Shown here piece by piece: positions 1-12,430 of a DNA stretch of 64,000 bases (its first letter is position 1; every line of letters begins with the position of its first letter). Source of the stretch: Mobula hypostoma (Eukaryota); assembly GCF_963921235.1 (NCBI RefSeq), contig NC_086108.1, forward strand, positions 16,058,001-16,122,000, in the 5' to 3' direction. Below the pieces are notes generated by a model that was not told where the DNA came from, did not search any database, and saw nothing but the letters and a program-made list of their open reading frames with translations. Made by a program: the position numbers and the translations under genes.

Positions 1-378
1 TATTATGCAGGATAAAAAATGTCTAGTCTGATACAGGTAGTACTTTTTCTCAAGTTTTTGAATCTCCTCCCCAATGGAAGGGGGAGAAGAGAGTATATCT
101 GGGGCAGTAGAGTTCTTTGATCATGCTGGCTGCTTTACCGAGGCAGTGAGAAATGTAGACAGAGTCCACGGAGGGGAGTATGGTTTTTGTGATGTGCTAC
201 GCTGTATCAGAATTCTCTGCAGTTTGATAACGTTTGCTATCTTAAATAGGATGATAGATAAGTATCACACTGTTTCACAACACATTCCCCTCTTTGGCAG
301 AGCAGTTACCATACCAAGCACGAAGGATTCTTTCTACAATGCATCAATAAAAGTTGGTGAGGTTCAGCAGGGGCATTA

Positions 379-939
379 GTGAGGTTTCAGACTGTAGCTT
401 TGTACATTTCTGCTACTGTTCCCACTGCGTTCCCTAAGTCTGTTCTCTGTTCGTCCATCACTGTCTGGTTTGGATCAGCTACCAAACAAGACAAGAATAG
501 ACTCCAAAGAACCGTCAGGGCTACGGAAAGGATTATTGGTGTGAAGCTGCCCTCGATCCAGGACCTATATGCATCTAGAGTCAGGAAGCGAGCAAGCAGC
601 ATCATTGTAGACCCATCACAGCCTAGACATTACCTGTTCCAACTCCTTCCTTCTGGTAGGCGCTTTAGATCACTGTATGTCAGGACAAAATAGGTACAAG
701 AACAGTTTCTTTCCGTATGCCATCAGTCTTACGAACACTTGAATTTTAGTCTATTATAAACCAAATCCACCTGTACATACACAGGTATACCTCATTGTAT
801 ATAGTTCACGATTATTTGCACCATTGTTTTGTTTGTTTTTTTTTATTCTGTACAGCGAAAGCTCAGGGAAACCGGCATCAAATTCCCTGTATGTGTCCAC
901 ATACTTGGCAATAATAAAGGATTCTGATTCTGATTCTGA
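379..939 (+). mobile_element. Rex1/Babar LINE, 3' fragment
   Basis: SVLCSSITVWFGSAT...LQRTVR...LFQLLPSGRRFRS is a typical Rex1 ORF C-terminus. AATAAA followed by a (GATTCT)n tail at ~920-939. Confidence 0.85.
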
Positions 940-1467
940 AGACATGGTCATCATCACCAATGCTATCATGAATAGATGCATCTGCTACAGGTGGATTGGT
1001 AAGAATGAGATCTGGTATGTTTACATTTCATATTGGAGATCCACGAAGATAACTATGAGCTTCAGAGGACACTGACTCGTCAGCAGCAGAGAGCAGGTGA
1101 TAGGTGGTGATCACTTTTCAGTGCATGTGTTCTCAATCTGCAGGGGTTACTCTCAGTTACTGTTGCATGCCCTTTAGTTATTAATGCCACTCCTATTTTG
1201 GCCGTCTCCACTACCATAGTGAGGCCCTTCTGTCTTGGCACCATGCACACTTCTGGGATGAACACTAAGTTTTCCAGCTTCAAGCGAATTTCTCTCTTGT
1301 CATTTCCCATGTGATGTGATCTGTGTGGATGGCATGCAACACAAAGATTTTCACGGTACCTTGGTACACATGACAATAGTAAGTCATCATTGTGCTCATG
1401 TCCCTTTCTCATTTCGTTTCTATAAAATGCCTTGCTAATGGTCAGTCCTCAAATTCTTTATTATGTG

Positions 1468-1912
1468 ACGAGAAGATCTGCAGATGCTGGAAATCCAAGC
1501 AACTCTCACAAAATGCTGGAGGAACTCAGCAGGCCAGGCAGCATCGATGGAAAAGAATAAACAGGCAATGTTTCAGGCCGAGTTTCTTCACCAGGACTGG
1601 AGAAATAGATGAGGTTACAGCAAAAAGGTGGAGCGAGGGGATGGAAAAGTACAAGGTGGGAGATGATAGGTGAAACCCGGAGAGGGGGAGAGGTGAAGTA
1701 AAGAGCTGGGAAGCTAATGGGTGAAAGAGATAAAGGGCTGGAGATGGGGGTATCTGATAGGAGAGGGTAGAAGACCATGGAAGAAAGGGAAGGGGGAGGA
1801 GCATCAGAGGGCAGAGATGGGCAGTCAAGGCGATGAGGTGAGAGAAGGAAACGGGATAGGAATGATGAAGGTGGGGAGGGCAATTACCAGAAGTTTGATC
1901 AATGTGCATGCC
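1468..1912 (-). mobile_element. Penelope-like element, 3'/pLTR fragment
   Basis: Shares the pLTR-type block and purine-rich tract with the GIY-YIG-bearing copy at 11738-12430. Degenerate hammerhead core at ~1560-1600. Confidence 0.7.
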
Positions 1913-2914
1913 ATCAACAATAGAGGAAAGGTGCCCACTAAATTTGATCACCTGCCCCAACCGGAAATGCCTTCTGAAAACCTGCAAATTGATTTTGTAC
2001 ATATGCCTGCTGAAAGGAGGTTTAGGTATATATTGGTAATAGTAGACATGTTTTTCAGATGGGTGGAGGCCTACCCAAATAGGAGGGATGATGTAAGAAC
2101 TGTGGTGAACATATTGACGAAATAAATTATAGAAACATAGAAACATAGAAAATAGGTGCAGGAGTAGGCCATTCGGCCCTTCGAGCCTGCACCGCCATTT
2201 ATTATGATCATGGCTGATCATCCAACTCAGAACCCCGCCCCAGCCTTCCCTCCATACCCCCTGATCCCCGTAGCCACAAGAGCCATACCTAGGTTTGGAA
2301 TTCCCCGAGGGATAAATAGCGACAGGGGAACCTATTTTACAAATAAATTAGTGCAGGGACTGAAGGAAGCCTTAGGGTTCCAGTGGAAATTGCATATCCC
2401 CTAACAGCCTCAGTCCTCAAGTATGGTGGAAAGCACAAAGGGGGAAATAAAAGCGGCTTTGGCAAAAGTTTGTCAGCAAGACAGTCTCAGACGGCCAGAT
2501 GCACTGCCCTTAGTAATGTACACTCTGCGGAATCAGAAGAATAGAAATACAGGACTTACCCCTCATGAAATGTTGAAGGGGCGGCCTATAACAACGGTAA
2601 CTAAGCCTCCCATGACCCCAGAAAAGGTAGTGCTAATGTGGAATGATGAGAAGACACTGAAATACGCACAAGCGTTGTGTCAGGAGGCGGGAAAATTGTA
2701 TGAGAGGGTCCGGAAAGCCCAGGTACCTTTAACTGAAGCTAACATGCATCCATTTAAGCCAGGAGATAGAACATATGTGAGATCAATGAATAAAGATTCT
2801 TTCTCTCCCAGGCTGCTGAGAACCCATACAGCCGTTAAGGTGAAGGAGAAAACTGATTGGATACACACCAGTAGGTGCAAGTTGCACCACAACGAGGAAG
2901 ACATAAAACACTGA
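1913..2914 (+). pseudogene. ERV pol integrase remnant
   Basis: DDE core spread over ORFs 1721-2125, 2204-2404 and 2423-2914, with in-frame stops and a CR1 insertion at 2129-2287. Confidence 0.85.
2129..2287 (-). mobile_element. CR1 LINE (young family), short 3' end
   Basis: (CATAGAAA)n tail and 3' UTR nearly identical to the other young copies. Confidence 0.9.
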
Positions 2915-2977
2915 ACAAGTGACATCTTCCCCGAGAGAGAGAGGAATGGAGCTCAGAACCAAGAACAAACTGTTATT

Positions 2978-3942
2978 AGAAACATAGAAAATAGGCGCAG
3001 GAGTAGGCCATTCGGCCCTTTGAGACTGACCGCCATTCAGTATGATCATGGTTTATCATCCAACTCAGAACCCTGTACCTGCCTTCTCTCCATACCCCCT
3101 GATCCCTTTAGCCACAAGGGCCATATCTAACTCCCTCTTAAATATAGCCAATGAACTGGCCTCAACTGTTTCCTGTGGCAGAGTCCACAGATTCACCACT
3201 CTCCTCATCTCGGTCGTAAAAGGCTTCCCCTTTATCCTCAAACTGTGACCCCTCATTCTGGACTTCCCCAACATCAGGAACAATCTTCCTGCATCTAGCC
3301 TGTCCAATCCCTTTAAAATTTTATATGTTTCAATAAGATCCCCCCTCAATCTTCTAAATTCCAGAGAGTATAACCCTAGCCGATCCAGTCGTTCATCATA
3401 TGAAAGTCCTGCCATCCCAGGAATCAATCTGGTGAACCTTCTTTGTACTCCCTCTATGGCAAGAATGTCTTTCCTCAGATTAGGGGACCAAAACTGCACA
3501 CAATACTCTAGGCGTGGTCTCACCAACGCCTTGTACAACTGCAGTAGTACCTCCTTGCTCCTGTACTCGAATCCTCTTGCTATGAATGCCAGCATACCAT
3601 TCACCTTTTTCACCGCCTGCTGTACCTGCATGCCCACTTTCAATGACTGGTGTATAATGACACCCAGGTCTCGTTGCACCTCCCCTTTTCCTAATCGGCC
3701 ACCATTCAGATAATAATCTGTTTTCCTGTTCTTGCCACCAAAGTGGATAACCTCACATTTATCCACATTAAATTGCATCTGCCATGAATTTGCCCACTCA
3801 CCCAACCTATCCAAGTCATCCTGCGTCCTCTTAGCATCCTCCTCACAGCTAACCCTGCCGCCCAGCTTCATGTCATCCGCAAACTTGGAGATGCTGTATT
3901 TAATTCCCTCGTCTAAGTCATTAATATATATTGTAAACAACT
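2978..3942 (-). mobile_element. CR1 LINE (young family), 5'-truncated
   Basis: RT C-terminus (FADD, YKALVRP.LEY). TSD GTTATT at 2972-2977 and 3960-3965. Confidence 0.92.
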
Positions 3943-4523
3943 AGTAAACATGTAAACAAGTTATTGAGAGACTGGAACATAAATCTATTTTAACCTGCAC
4001 CTCATGTTATATACATAGTGACTGATTATTAACAAAATATATACTCAATAGAGGACTAACATGAAGGAAGTAGTGGTAATAATCATATTGGGGTGGGATT
4101 GAAGGAATATTTTCCTGGCTACAGCCCCTCTTTCACAGCCTCATTGCCCTGATCTGCTTAGCAGAGGTAGTTCATTGTGTCATACAACTATGCATTCGCT
4201 GGGTCTGCACCCCTCCAAAGTCAAAGTCAGGGGAGACAGTAGCATTATGCTATGCGCAATCACACATCACGGGAGATGGCAAAAAAGAGGATAGTTACGA
4301 TGAAGAGGAATGTTGTACTTATATTCCCGGTGCCACAGAAAACATAACTGACTTAGGCCAGCACGTTATGGAGAAGGTTAAGGAGATTAAGAAGGTGGGA
4401 GAACAGCTCGAAAACTTTAACAGTGGAGGATCTTGGTGGGAAGGAATATGGGGATGGTTTTCTGGCTGGTGAAGCTGCATAACGCATGGAATAATTACAG
4501 TGGTAATTATATGTGTTTTAGGG

Positions 4524-5246
4524 CAGCGGTCCCCAACCACACACAAAGCATGTGCTACCGGGCTGCGAGGAAACGATACGAGTCAGCTGCACCTTTCCTC
4601 ATTCCCTGTCACACACTGTTGAACTTGAATATAGGGTTGTCAACTGTCCCGTATTTGCCGGGACATCCCAAATATTGGGCTAAGTTGGTTTGTCCCATAT
4701 TCCCCCGCCAAGGTAGAGCGTTCCTATGAAACCTTTTGTGCCGAAATGGCGTGAAGCGAAGAAGCAATTACCATTAATTTATATGGGAAAAATTTTTTAG
4801 CATTCCCAGACCCAAAAAAAAACCCAACAAATCATACCAAATAACACATAAAACCGAAAATAAATAACACAAATATTTAGTAAAAGCAGGAATGATATGA
4901 TAAATACACAGCCTATATAAAGTAGAAATAATGTATATACAGTATAGCTGGGAAGATGAAGGCAAAACCGAATTGTGGGGAAAAAAAATTGGCATCTACG
5001 CGCATGCGCACATCACATTGGGAAATGATAGGTCATGGTAGTCTTTTTGGGGTAAAGTGTCCCCAGGATTTGACTGCTACTTTTGTCCCTTATTTGGGAG
5101 TGAGAAAGTTGGCAACCCTAACTTGTAAAAGACATATTGAGGTGAGTTTAACCATACTTGATCACCCCCTCCCCCGGTCGGCCGGTCCGCAAGAATATTG
5201 TCAATATTAAACCGGGCCGCGGTGCAAAAGAGGTTGGGGACCCCTG
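4524..5246 (+). mobile_element. hAT (Charlie-like) non-autonomous element
   Basis: TIRs CAGCGGTCCCCAACC / GGTTGGGGACCCCTG. Perfect 8-bp TSD TTTTAGGG at 4516-4523 and 5247-5254. Confidence 0.88.
4632..5120. mobile_element. Second hAT-type MITE nested in the Charlie-like element
   Basis: TIRs TAGGGTTGTCAACT / AGTTGGCAACCCTA; subterminal TCCC repeats; degenerate TSD. Confidence 0.75.
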
Positions 5247-5493
5247 TTTTAGGGTGTTGTGTATGGAGCACTGAGGTTGTGCTATTATCAGTTGATAAAG
5301 AGGACTTTGTCCGGCCGCGAGGGTGTCCCAGTGATATCCCAGATGGTAAAAGAAGCAAGGAGCACTGGTGGGGTGAAGAGGTGTACCCCAAGAAAGCAAA
5401 ACCCTTCCCCTATGGATATGAGCCCCCTTATGAGGAGAAGCAGGAAATACCACAGTAAGAAATGTTAATCTAGAGGATTAACAAGGAGGGAAC

Positions 5494-5978
5494 TGTGGAG
5501 GAAACATAGTAAGACATTGTGACAAACGTTAAGGGGTTAATGACCTTCTTCTAGTATGTGAATTCAAAGTCTGTACACTGTGTAAATGTGCTTTGTAGAC
5601 GGGATGAGAAAATAACTATGTCTGTGTTTCCTTGTTCTAAGAATCATCACATGTCTGCGCTTGGGAAAGCCTGATATACTGTCCTGAGAACTAACACTTA
5701 AGAAAATGTATAACTGCTCGAGGACATATAGCGCAACTTCGCTATTCTATCGAGTTGTAGTTCAAGTTCCTTCCTTTTTCAGATTCAAGTGCTTCTTGTC
5801 ACATACACCTGGGGTATAAATAAGAGTGTAATCCATTGCTGAGCAGAGCTGCAGTGCTCCGCTTTAGGAGTCTGGGCTCTAAATGATATCATGTAATATA
5901 ACCGTTTAGTCTGAAATAATTCTCTGAGTCGGCCTGATCTATTCTGTCTGCTGCTCCTGAGATTTATTTTCCGCAACA
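5494..5978 (+). repeat. ERV 3' LTR (485 bp)
   Basis: Begins TGTGGAGGAAA directly after the PPT and ends TTTTCCGCAACA (imperfect terminal inverted repeat). L2 sequence follows it. Confidence 0.75.
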
Positions 5979-5991
5979 TGTGTTCCACTTT

Positions 5992-7421
5992 CATAGAAAC
6001 ATAGAAAATAGGTGCAGGAGTAGGCCATTTGGCACTTCGAGCCTGCACCGCCATTCAGTATGATCATGGCTGATCATCCAACTCAGAACCCTGTAACCAG
6101 CCTTCCCTCCATACTCCCTGATCCCTTTAGCCACAAGGGCCATATCTAACTCCCTCTTAAATATAGCCAGTGAACTGGCCTCAACTGTTTCCTGTGGCAG
6201 AGAATTCCACAGATTCACCACTCTCTGTGTGAAGAAGTTTTTTCTCATCTCGATCCTAAAAGGCTTCCCCTTTATCCTCAAACTGTGACCCCTCGCTCTG
6301 GACTTCCCCAACATCGGGAGCAGTCTTCCTGCATATAGCCTGTCCAATTCCTTTAGGATTTTATACGTTTCAATAAGATCCCCCCTCAATCTTCTAAATT
6401 CCAGCGAGTATAAGCCTAGTCGATCCTGTCTTTCATCATACGAAAGTCCTGCCATCCCAGGAATCAATCTGGTGAACCTTCTTTGTACTCCCTCTATGGC
6501 AAGACTGTCTTTCCTCAGATTAGGGGACCAAAACTGCACACAATACTCCAGGTGTGGTCTCACCAAGGCCTTGTACAACTGCAGTAGTACCTCCCTGCTC
6601 CTGTACTCGAATCCTCTTGCTATGAATGCCAGCATACCATTTGCCTTTTTCACCGCCTGCTGTATCTGCATACCCACTTTCAATGACTGGTGTATAATGA
6701 CACCCAGGTCTCGTTGCACCTCCCCTTTTCTTAATCGTCCACCATTCAGATAATAATCTATTTTCCTGTTCTTGCCACCAAAGTGGATAACCTCACATTT
6801 ATTCACATTAAATTGCATCTGCCATGAATTTGCCCACTCACCTAACTTATCCAAGTCACCCTGCATCCTCTTAGCATTCTCCTCACAGCTAACACTGTCG
6901 CCCAGCTTCGTGTCATCCGCAAACTTGGAGATGCTGCATTTAATTCCCTCATCTAAGTCATTAATATATATTGTAAACAACTGGGGTCCCAGCACTGAGC
7001 CTTGCGGTACCCCACTAGTCACTGCCTGCCATTCTGAAGAGGTCTTGTTTATTCCCACTCTTTGCTTCTTGTCTGCCAACCAATTCTCTATCCACATCAA
7101 TGCCTTACCCCCAATACCGTGTGCTTTAAGTTTGCACACTAATCTCCTGTGTGGGAACTTGTCAAAAGCCTTTTGAAAATCCAGATATACCACATCCACT
7201 GGTTCTCCTCTATCCACTCTACTAGTTACATCCTCAAAAAATTATATGTGATTCGTCAGATATGATTTTCCTTTCACAAATCCATGCTGACTTTGTCCGA
7301 TGATTTCACCGCTTTCCAAATGTGCTGTTTTCACATCTTTGATAACTGACTCTAGCATTTTCCCCACCACCGACGTTAGGCTAACCGGTCTATAATTCCC
7401 CGGTTTCTCTCTCCCTCCTTT
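5992..7421 (-). mobile_element. CR1 LINE (young family), 5'-truncated, RT domain
   Basis: ORF 5991-7217 contains [17 protein letters not shown] and FADD. CTTTC is duplicated at the ends. Inserted in an L2. Confidence 0.93.
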
Positions 7422-8370
7422 CTTGGTCTTAGTGAGGACTCTAGCAACAGCGTTCTGAATGAGCTGCAGCTGTCTGAGGGATTTTTTACAGACACCAGTG
7501 AAAATACGATTACAGTAGTCAAGTCTACTAAAAATAAATGCATGGATGGGTTTTTCTAGATCTTACTGAGACATATGCCCTTTAACTTGCTATGTTTATA
7601 AAATAGCAGTAGGCTGACTTTGTAATTGTCTTAATGTGGCAGTTAGAATTTAAGTTGGCATCCATCACAACACCAAGCTTTCTAGCTTGGTTTGTGGTTT
7701 GTAATGACAGGGATTCTAAGTGAGCACTGACTTTTAATCATTCTTTTCTGGCACCAACAACAATTATTTCAGTTTTCTCTTTGTTTAACTGGAGGAAATT
7801 TTGGCTCGTCCAAACAGTGGTTTGTTTAATACAGTTTCTTAGTGATTGTATGGGACCATAATCTCCTGATGATACTGTTATATAAATCTGAGTGTCATCT
7901 GTATAATTAAGGTGAGATATTTTAATTTGAGCTAGAGAGAGCATGTACATGTTAAACAGAAGAGGCCCAAGAATAAACTCTTGAGGCACTCATGTTATTC
8001 TTGTTCGGTCAGATATGCAGCTACCAATGGATACAAAATAGTCCCTGTCCTATAATACGATTTAAATCACATTAGGACTGTACTGGAAAGTGTCACCCAG
8101 TTTTCCAGTCTGTCCAGTAATATACCATGGTCAACAGTGTCAACTCTAAGATCCAGTAAAACCAAAATTTAAATTTTACCATCATGTGATTTAAAACCTT
8201 GACCATAGCAGTCTCAGTATAGTGTTGTCAAAATCCAGACAGGAAAACAGTTACCTAGTGCCAAAAAGCTGTTAAGTTGCTGATAAACAATTTTTTCAAT
8301 GATTTTACTTAAACATGGTAAGTTTTCTATTGACCTGTAGTTATTAATTACTGAGGCATCTAACAAGATG
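7422..8370 (-). mobile_element. L2 LINE, decayed RT fragment
   Basis: PQEFILGPLLFNMYM, YTDDTQIY, NFLQLNKEKTEII, NYRSIENLPCLSKIIEKIV. Confidence 0.8.
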
Positions 8371-8894
8371 CACAGAACAGCTCCCCTCACATTCCTCCCT
8401 ATCAACATTCCCCGACCAGCACAGCATCAGTCTGCTCACTTTACACTGCCCCACAGCATCTTGAACATAGATGCAGTATAAAACACAGGAGCAGAATTAG
8501 GCCATTTGGTTCATTGAGTCTGCTCTGTCATTCCAACATGGCTGCTTTTTATCCCTCTCAACACCATTCTCCTGCCTCCACCCTGTAACCTTTGACACCC
8601 TTACTAATCAAGAACCTATGAACTTCTGCGTTAAAGACTCAGCCTCCATAGCAGTCCATGGCAATGAACTCCACAGATTCACCACTCTCTAGCTAAAGAA
8701 ATTCCCCCTCACCTTTGTTCTAAATTGACGTTCCTCTATCCTGAGGCTGTGCCCTCTGTTCCGAGACTCACCCACTATAGAAAATATTCTCTCTATATCC
8801 ACTCCATCTAGGCCTTTCAATATTCAATTGGTTTAAATGAGATACCCCCCTCATTCTTCTAAACTCCAGTGAGTACAGGTTAACTCTCCCCATA

Positions 8895-9150
8895 GAGTAT
8901 GGTAGCATAGTGGTTAACACAATGCTTTACAGTACGGGTGACCTGGGTTCAATTCCCACCACTGCTTGTAAGCAGTTTGTACGTTCTTCCCATGTCCATA
9001 CCTTTCCTCCTGGTGCTTTGGTTTCCTCACGCAGTCCAGTTGGTAGATTAGTTGGCCATTGTAAATTGTCCCGTGATTAGCCCAGGATTAAATCAAGCAA
9101 TTGCTGGACAGCACAGCTCGAACGGCCAGAAGGACTCTCAGTAAATCTGT
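8895..9150 (+). mobile_element. tRNA-derived SINE
   Basis: A-box-like tagcatagtgg and B-box gggttcaattccc, followed by a V-SINE-like core. Related copies at 56105-56390 and 58783-59045. Confidence 0.75.
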
Positions 9151-9548
9151 TAACCCTTTCATTCCAGAGATCATTCTTGTGAACCTCCTCTAGACCCTTA
9201 CCAATGCCAGAACATCCTTTCTTCAAAAGGAGGCCCAAATCTACTCACAATACTCTATATGCAGTCTGACCAATGCCTTCTAAAGCCTCAACATTACACC
9301 CTTGCTTTTATGTAATCTAGTCTTCTTGAAATGAATGCTGACATTACATTTGCCTGACTTACTGCCAGCTCAGTCTGCAAGTTGACCTTTAGGAAATCCT
9401 GCACAAGGACTCCCAAGTCCCTTTGTACCTTGAATTTCTGAATTTGCCCCATTTAGAAAATAGTCTACGCCTTTATTACTTTTACCAATGTGTATGGCCG
9501 TACACTTCCCTACACTACATTCCACCTGCCACTTCTTTGCCCATTCAC

Positions 9549-10384
9549 GGCAGATGCAATTTAATGTGGATAAATGTGAGGTTATCCACTTTGGTGGCAA
9601 GAACAGGAAAACAGATTATTATCTGAATGGTGGCCAATTAGGAAAAGGGGAGATGCAACGAGACCTGGGTGTCATTATACACCAGTCATTGAAAGTGGGC
9701 ATGCAGGTACAGCAGGCGGTGAAAAAGGCGAATGGTATGCTGGCATTTATAGCAAGAGGATTCAAGTACAGGAGTAGGGAGGTACTACTGCAGTTGTACA
9801 AGGCCTTGGTGAGACCACACCTGGAGTATTGTGTGCAGTTTTGGTCCCCTAATCTGAGGAAAGACATCCTTGCCATAGAGGGAGTATAAAGAAGGTTCAC
9901 CAGATTGATTCCTGGGATGGCAGGACTTTCATATGAAGAAAGACTGGATGAACTAGGCTTGTACTCGTTGGAATTTAGAAGATTGAGGGGGGATCTGATT
10001 GAAACGTATAAAATCCTAAAGGGATTGGACAGGCTAGATGCAGGGGCATTGTTCCCGATGTTGGGGAAGTCCAGAACAAGGGGCCACAGTTTGAGGATAA
10101 AGGCGAAGCCTTTTAGGACCGAGATGAGGAAAAACTTCTTCACACAGAGAGTGGTGAATCTGTGGAATTCTCTGCCACAGGAAACAGTTGAGGCCAGTTC
10201 ATTGGCTATATTTAAGAGGGAGTGAGATATGGCCCTTGTGGCTAAAGGGATCAGGGGGTATGGAGAGAAGGCAGGTGCAGGGTTCTGAGTTGGATGATCA
10301 GCCATGATCATCATAAATGGCGGTGCAGGCTCGAAGGGCCGAATGGCCTACTCCTGCACCTATTTTCTATGTTTCTATGTTTCT
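9549..10384 (+). mobile_element. CR1 LINE (young family), 5'-truncated
   Basis: QMQFNVDKC...RVVNLWNSLP; (CTATGTTT)n tail. Confidence 0.93.
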
Positions 10385-11737
10385 GCAGACTCGCTGCTTC
10401 ATCAACACTACATGCCCTCACACTTATCTTCGTATCATCTGCAAATTAGGCCACAAAGACGTCAATTTGTCATCCAAATAATTGAAAAGTGGTTGCAGCA
10501 CTGACTCTGGCAGCCAACCAGAAAAAACCCTTTACTCCCACTCCTCGCCTCCTGCTACCGTGCTAGTATGTTTCCTGTAATATTATGGGCTCTTTCCCTG
10601 CTTAGCAGCCTCGCGTGTAGCACCTTGTCAAAGGCCTTCTGAAAATCCAAGTAAATAGCATCCACTGACTGTCATTTGTCTATCCTGCCTGTTATTCCCT
10701 CAAAGATATCCAATGGAATTGTCAAGCAAGATTTTCCCCCAAGGAAACCATGATGACTTTGGCTTATTTTATCACGCGTTTCCAAGTACCCCAAACCTCA
10801 TCCTTAATAATGGATTCCGATATCTTCCTAACCACTGAGGTCAGGCTAAATGGCCTATAATTTCCTTTCTTCTGTTTCTTCCCCTTCTTAAAGAGTGGAG
10901 TGACATTTGCAATTTTCCAGTCCTCCAGATTCTTAGCCATTGAAAGATCACTACAAATGCCTCCACAATCTCATCAGCTACCTCTTTCAGTATGCAGGGT
11001 CCAGGTGACTGATCTACTTTCAGCTTCCCAAGCACCTTCTCTCTGGTAATAATAAGTATGGCAGACAAATTATAAAATCCCTCTCTGCTGTCCCAGGAAT
11101 CATTCCAATGAGAGTCATTGCATAAGCTTTCCAAAACAAAATTCAGTTGATGCTGGAACTGTGATATAAAATCAGACACTTAGAACCATCAGCAGATCAG
11201 ACAGTATCAGTGCACAGGGTATCATACCGATAGCACAGCATTGAGGACTGCAAAAAGTTCTTTGCACCAAAAACCGCAACATGGATTTTTGCCTTTCAAC
11301 ACTGTAAAGAGCACTGTATCATGAAATGGCTATAGCATTCTTACATGAAGGTTTAAGGCTTCTCTCCTCTATCTAATCAAAAAGTCCAGGTGAATTAAAG
11401 CACAAAAGGTGCATAGCAAAGCTCCTGCTCTGGGGCCCATCAATTATCAGGCTGATACAGAAGGGCTGTGTAGCACAATAAATACTTGCTTTGCCTTGTC
11501 TCATCAGAATCTTCCAAGGCACTGTAATAGTTGTTAAATGCAGAAGAAAGCTCATTCCACATTGTCCCTTTCAAATATTCCTAGGAAAAGTTTGTACCGA
11601 TCAGTGACCATAATAATATTTGATAATAAATGCACTTTAAATCTTTGACAGAGTCAAACTCCCACAACATTGTCTCAGCAAATTACATCAAATTCAGGTG
11701 AAATGCGCTGCTAAGCACCACCTGCACTCTCTAACCA

Positions 11738-12430
11738 AAGCAACACTCACAAGAGACTGGAAGATCTCAGCAGGTTAGGCAGCATCAGTCGAAATGAATA
11801 AACAGTTGACTTTTCAGGCTGAGCCCCTTCTTCAGGACTGGAAAGGAAGGGGGGAAATGCCAAAGTGAAAAGGTGGGGGAAGACGAAGGCAGATCACTAG
11901 AAGGTAAGAGGTGAAGCCAGACAGATGGGAAAGGCAAGGGGCTGGAGAGAAAGGAATCTGATAGGAGAGGCAAGCAGATCAGAGGTGAAAGGGAAGGAGG
12001 AGGGGACCCGGGGGAGCTGATAGACAGGTGAGAAGAGGTATGAGCCCAGAGTGTGGAATAGAAGAGGGAATGGGAAGGGATTTTTTTTTTAAGCGGAAAG
12101 AGAAATTGATATTCATGCCATCAGGTTTGAGGCCGCACAGATGAAATATAAGGTGTTGTTCCTCTACCTTGATGGTGGCCTCATCTTGGCACAAGAGGAG
12201 ACCGTGGACCGACATGTCAGAATTAGAATGAGAACCAGAATTAAGATGTTTGGCCACCAGGAAGTTCCACTTTTGGCGGATGGAGCAGAGGTGCTCAACA
12301 AAGCCATCCCCCAATTTACGATGGGTCTCACCAATGTAGAGAAGGCCACCTCGGGAGCATCAGACACAATAAACAATCCCAGCAGATTCACAGGTGAAGT
12401 GTTGCCTCACCTGGAAGGATTGTTTGGGGC
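11738..12430 (-). mobile_element. Penelope-like element (Neptune-type): GIY-YIG endonuclease C-terminus and pLTR
   Basis: Minus-strand translation FTCESAGIVYCV*CSRGGLLYIGETHRKLGDGFVEHL...VAKHLN...EQHLIF...GMN. Hammerhead-like core at 11803-11841. Confidence 0.85.

Larger units (their letters stand above)
4061..5458 (+). pseudogene. ERV env remnant, internally deleted and split by a MITE
   Basis: Hydrophobic start MKEVVVIIILG. EECCTYIPGATENITDL...WWEGIWGWFSGW*...IITVVIICVLG continues as CCVWSTEVV...EIPQ* once 4524-5246 is removed. Confidence 0.75.
1913..5978 (+). mobile_element. Endogenous retrovirus, 3' portion (class I, gamma/epsilon-like): integrase, deleted env, PPT, 3' LTR
   Basis: Integrase motifs LQIDF, YILVIVDMF.RWVEAYP, PRFGIP..I.SDRGTYF, MVE. 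Env TM motif ECCTYIP, a Trp-rich MPER-like stretch and a TM helix. PPT aaggagggaac, then an LTR. Interrupted by two CR1s and a hAT MITE. Confidence 0.85.
8465..11050 (-). mobile_element. Older CR1 LINE, interrupted by a SINE and a young CR1
   Basis: Degenerate CR1 3' UTR and RT pieces (WAKKWQVE, LKEVADEIV). Confidence 0.75.

Noticed and set aside
5991..7217. 408-aa ORF as a host gene or active reverse transcriptase
   Set aside because: 5'-truncated CR1 with no endonuclease or promoter; the frame runs into the 3' UTR.
8895..8965. tRNA gene (also near 56110 and 58790)
   Set aside because: A/B boxes are present but no cloverleaf is evident, and each is followed by a SINE core.
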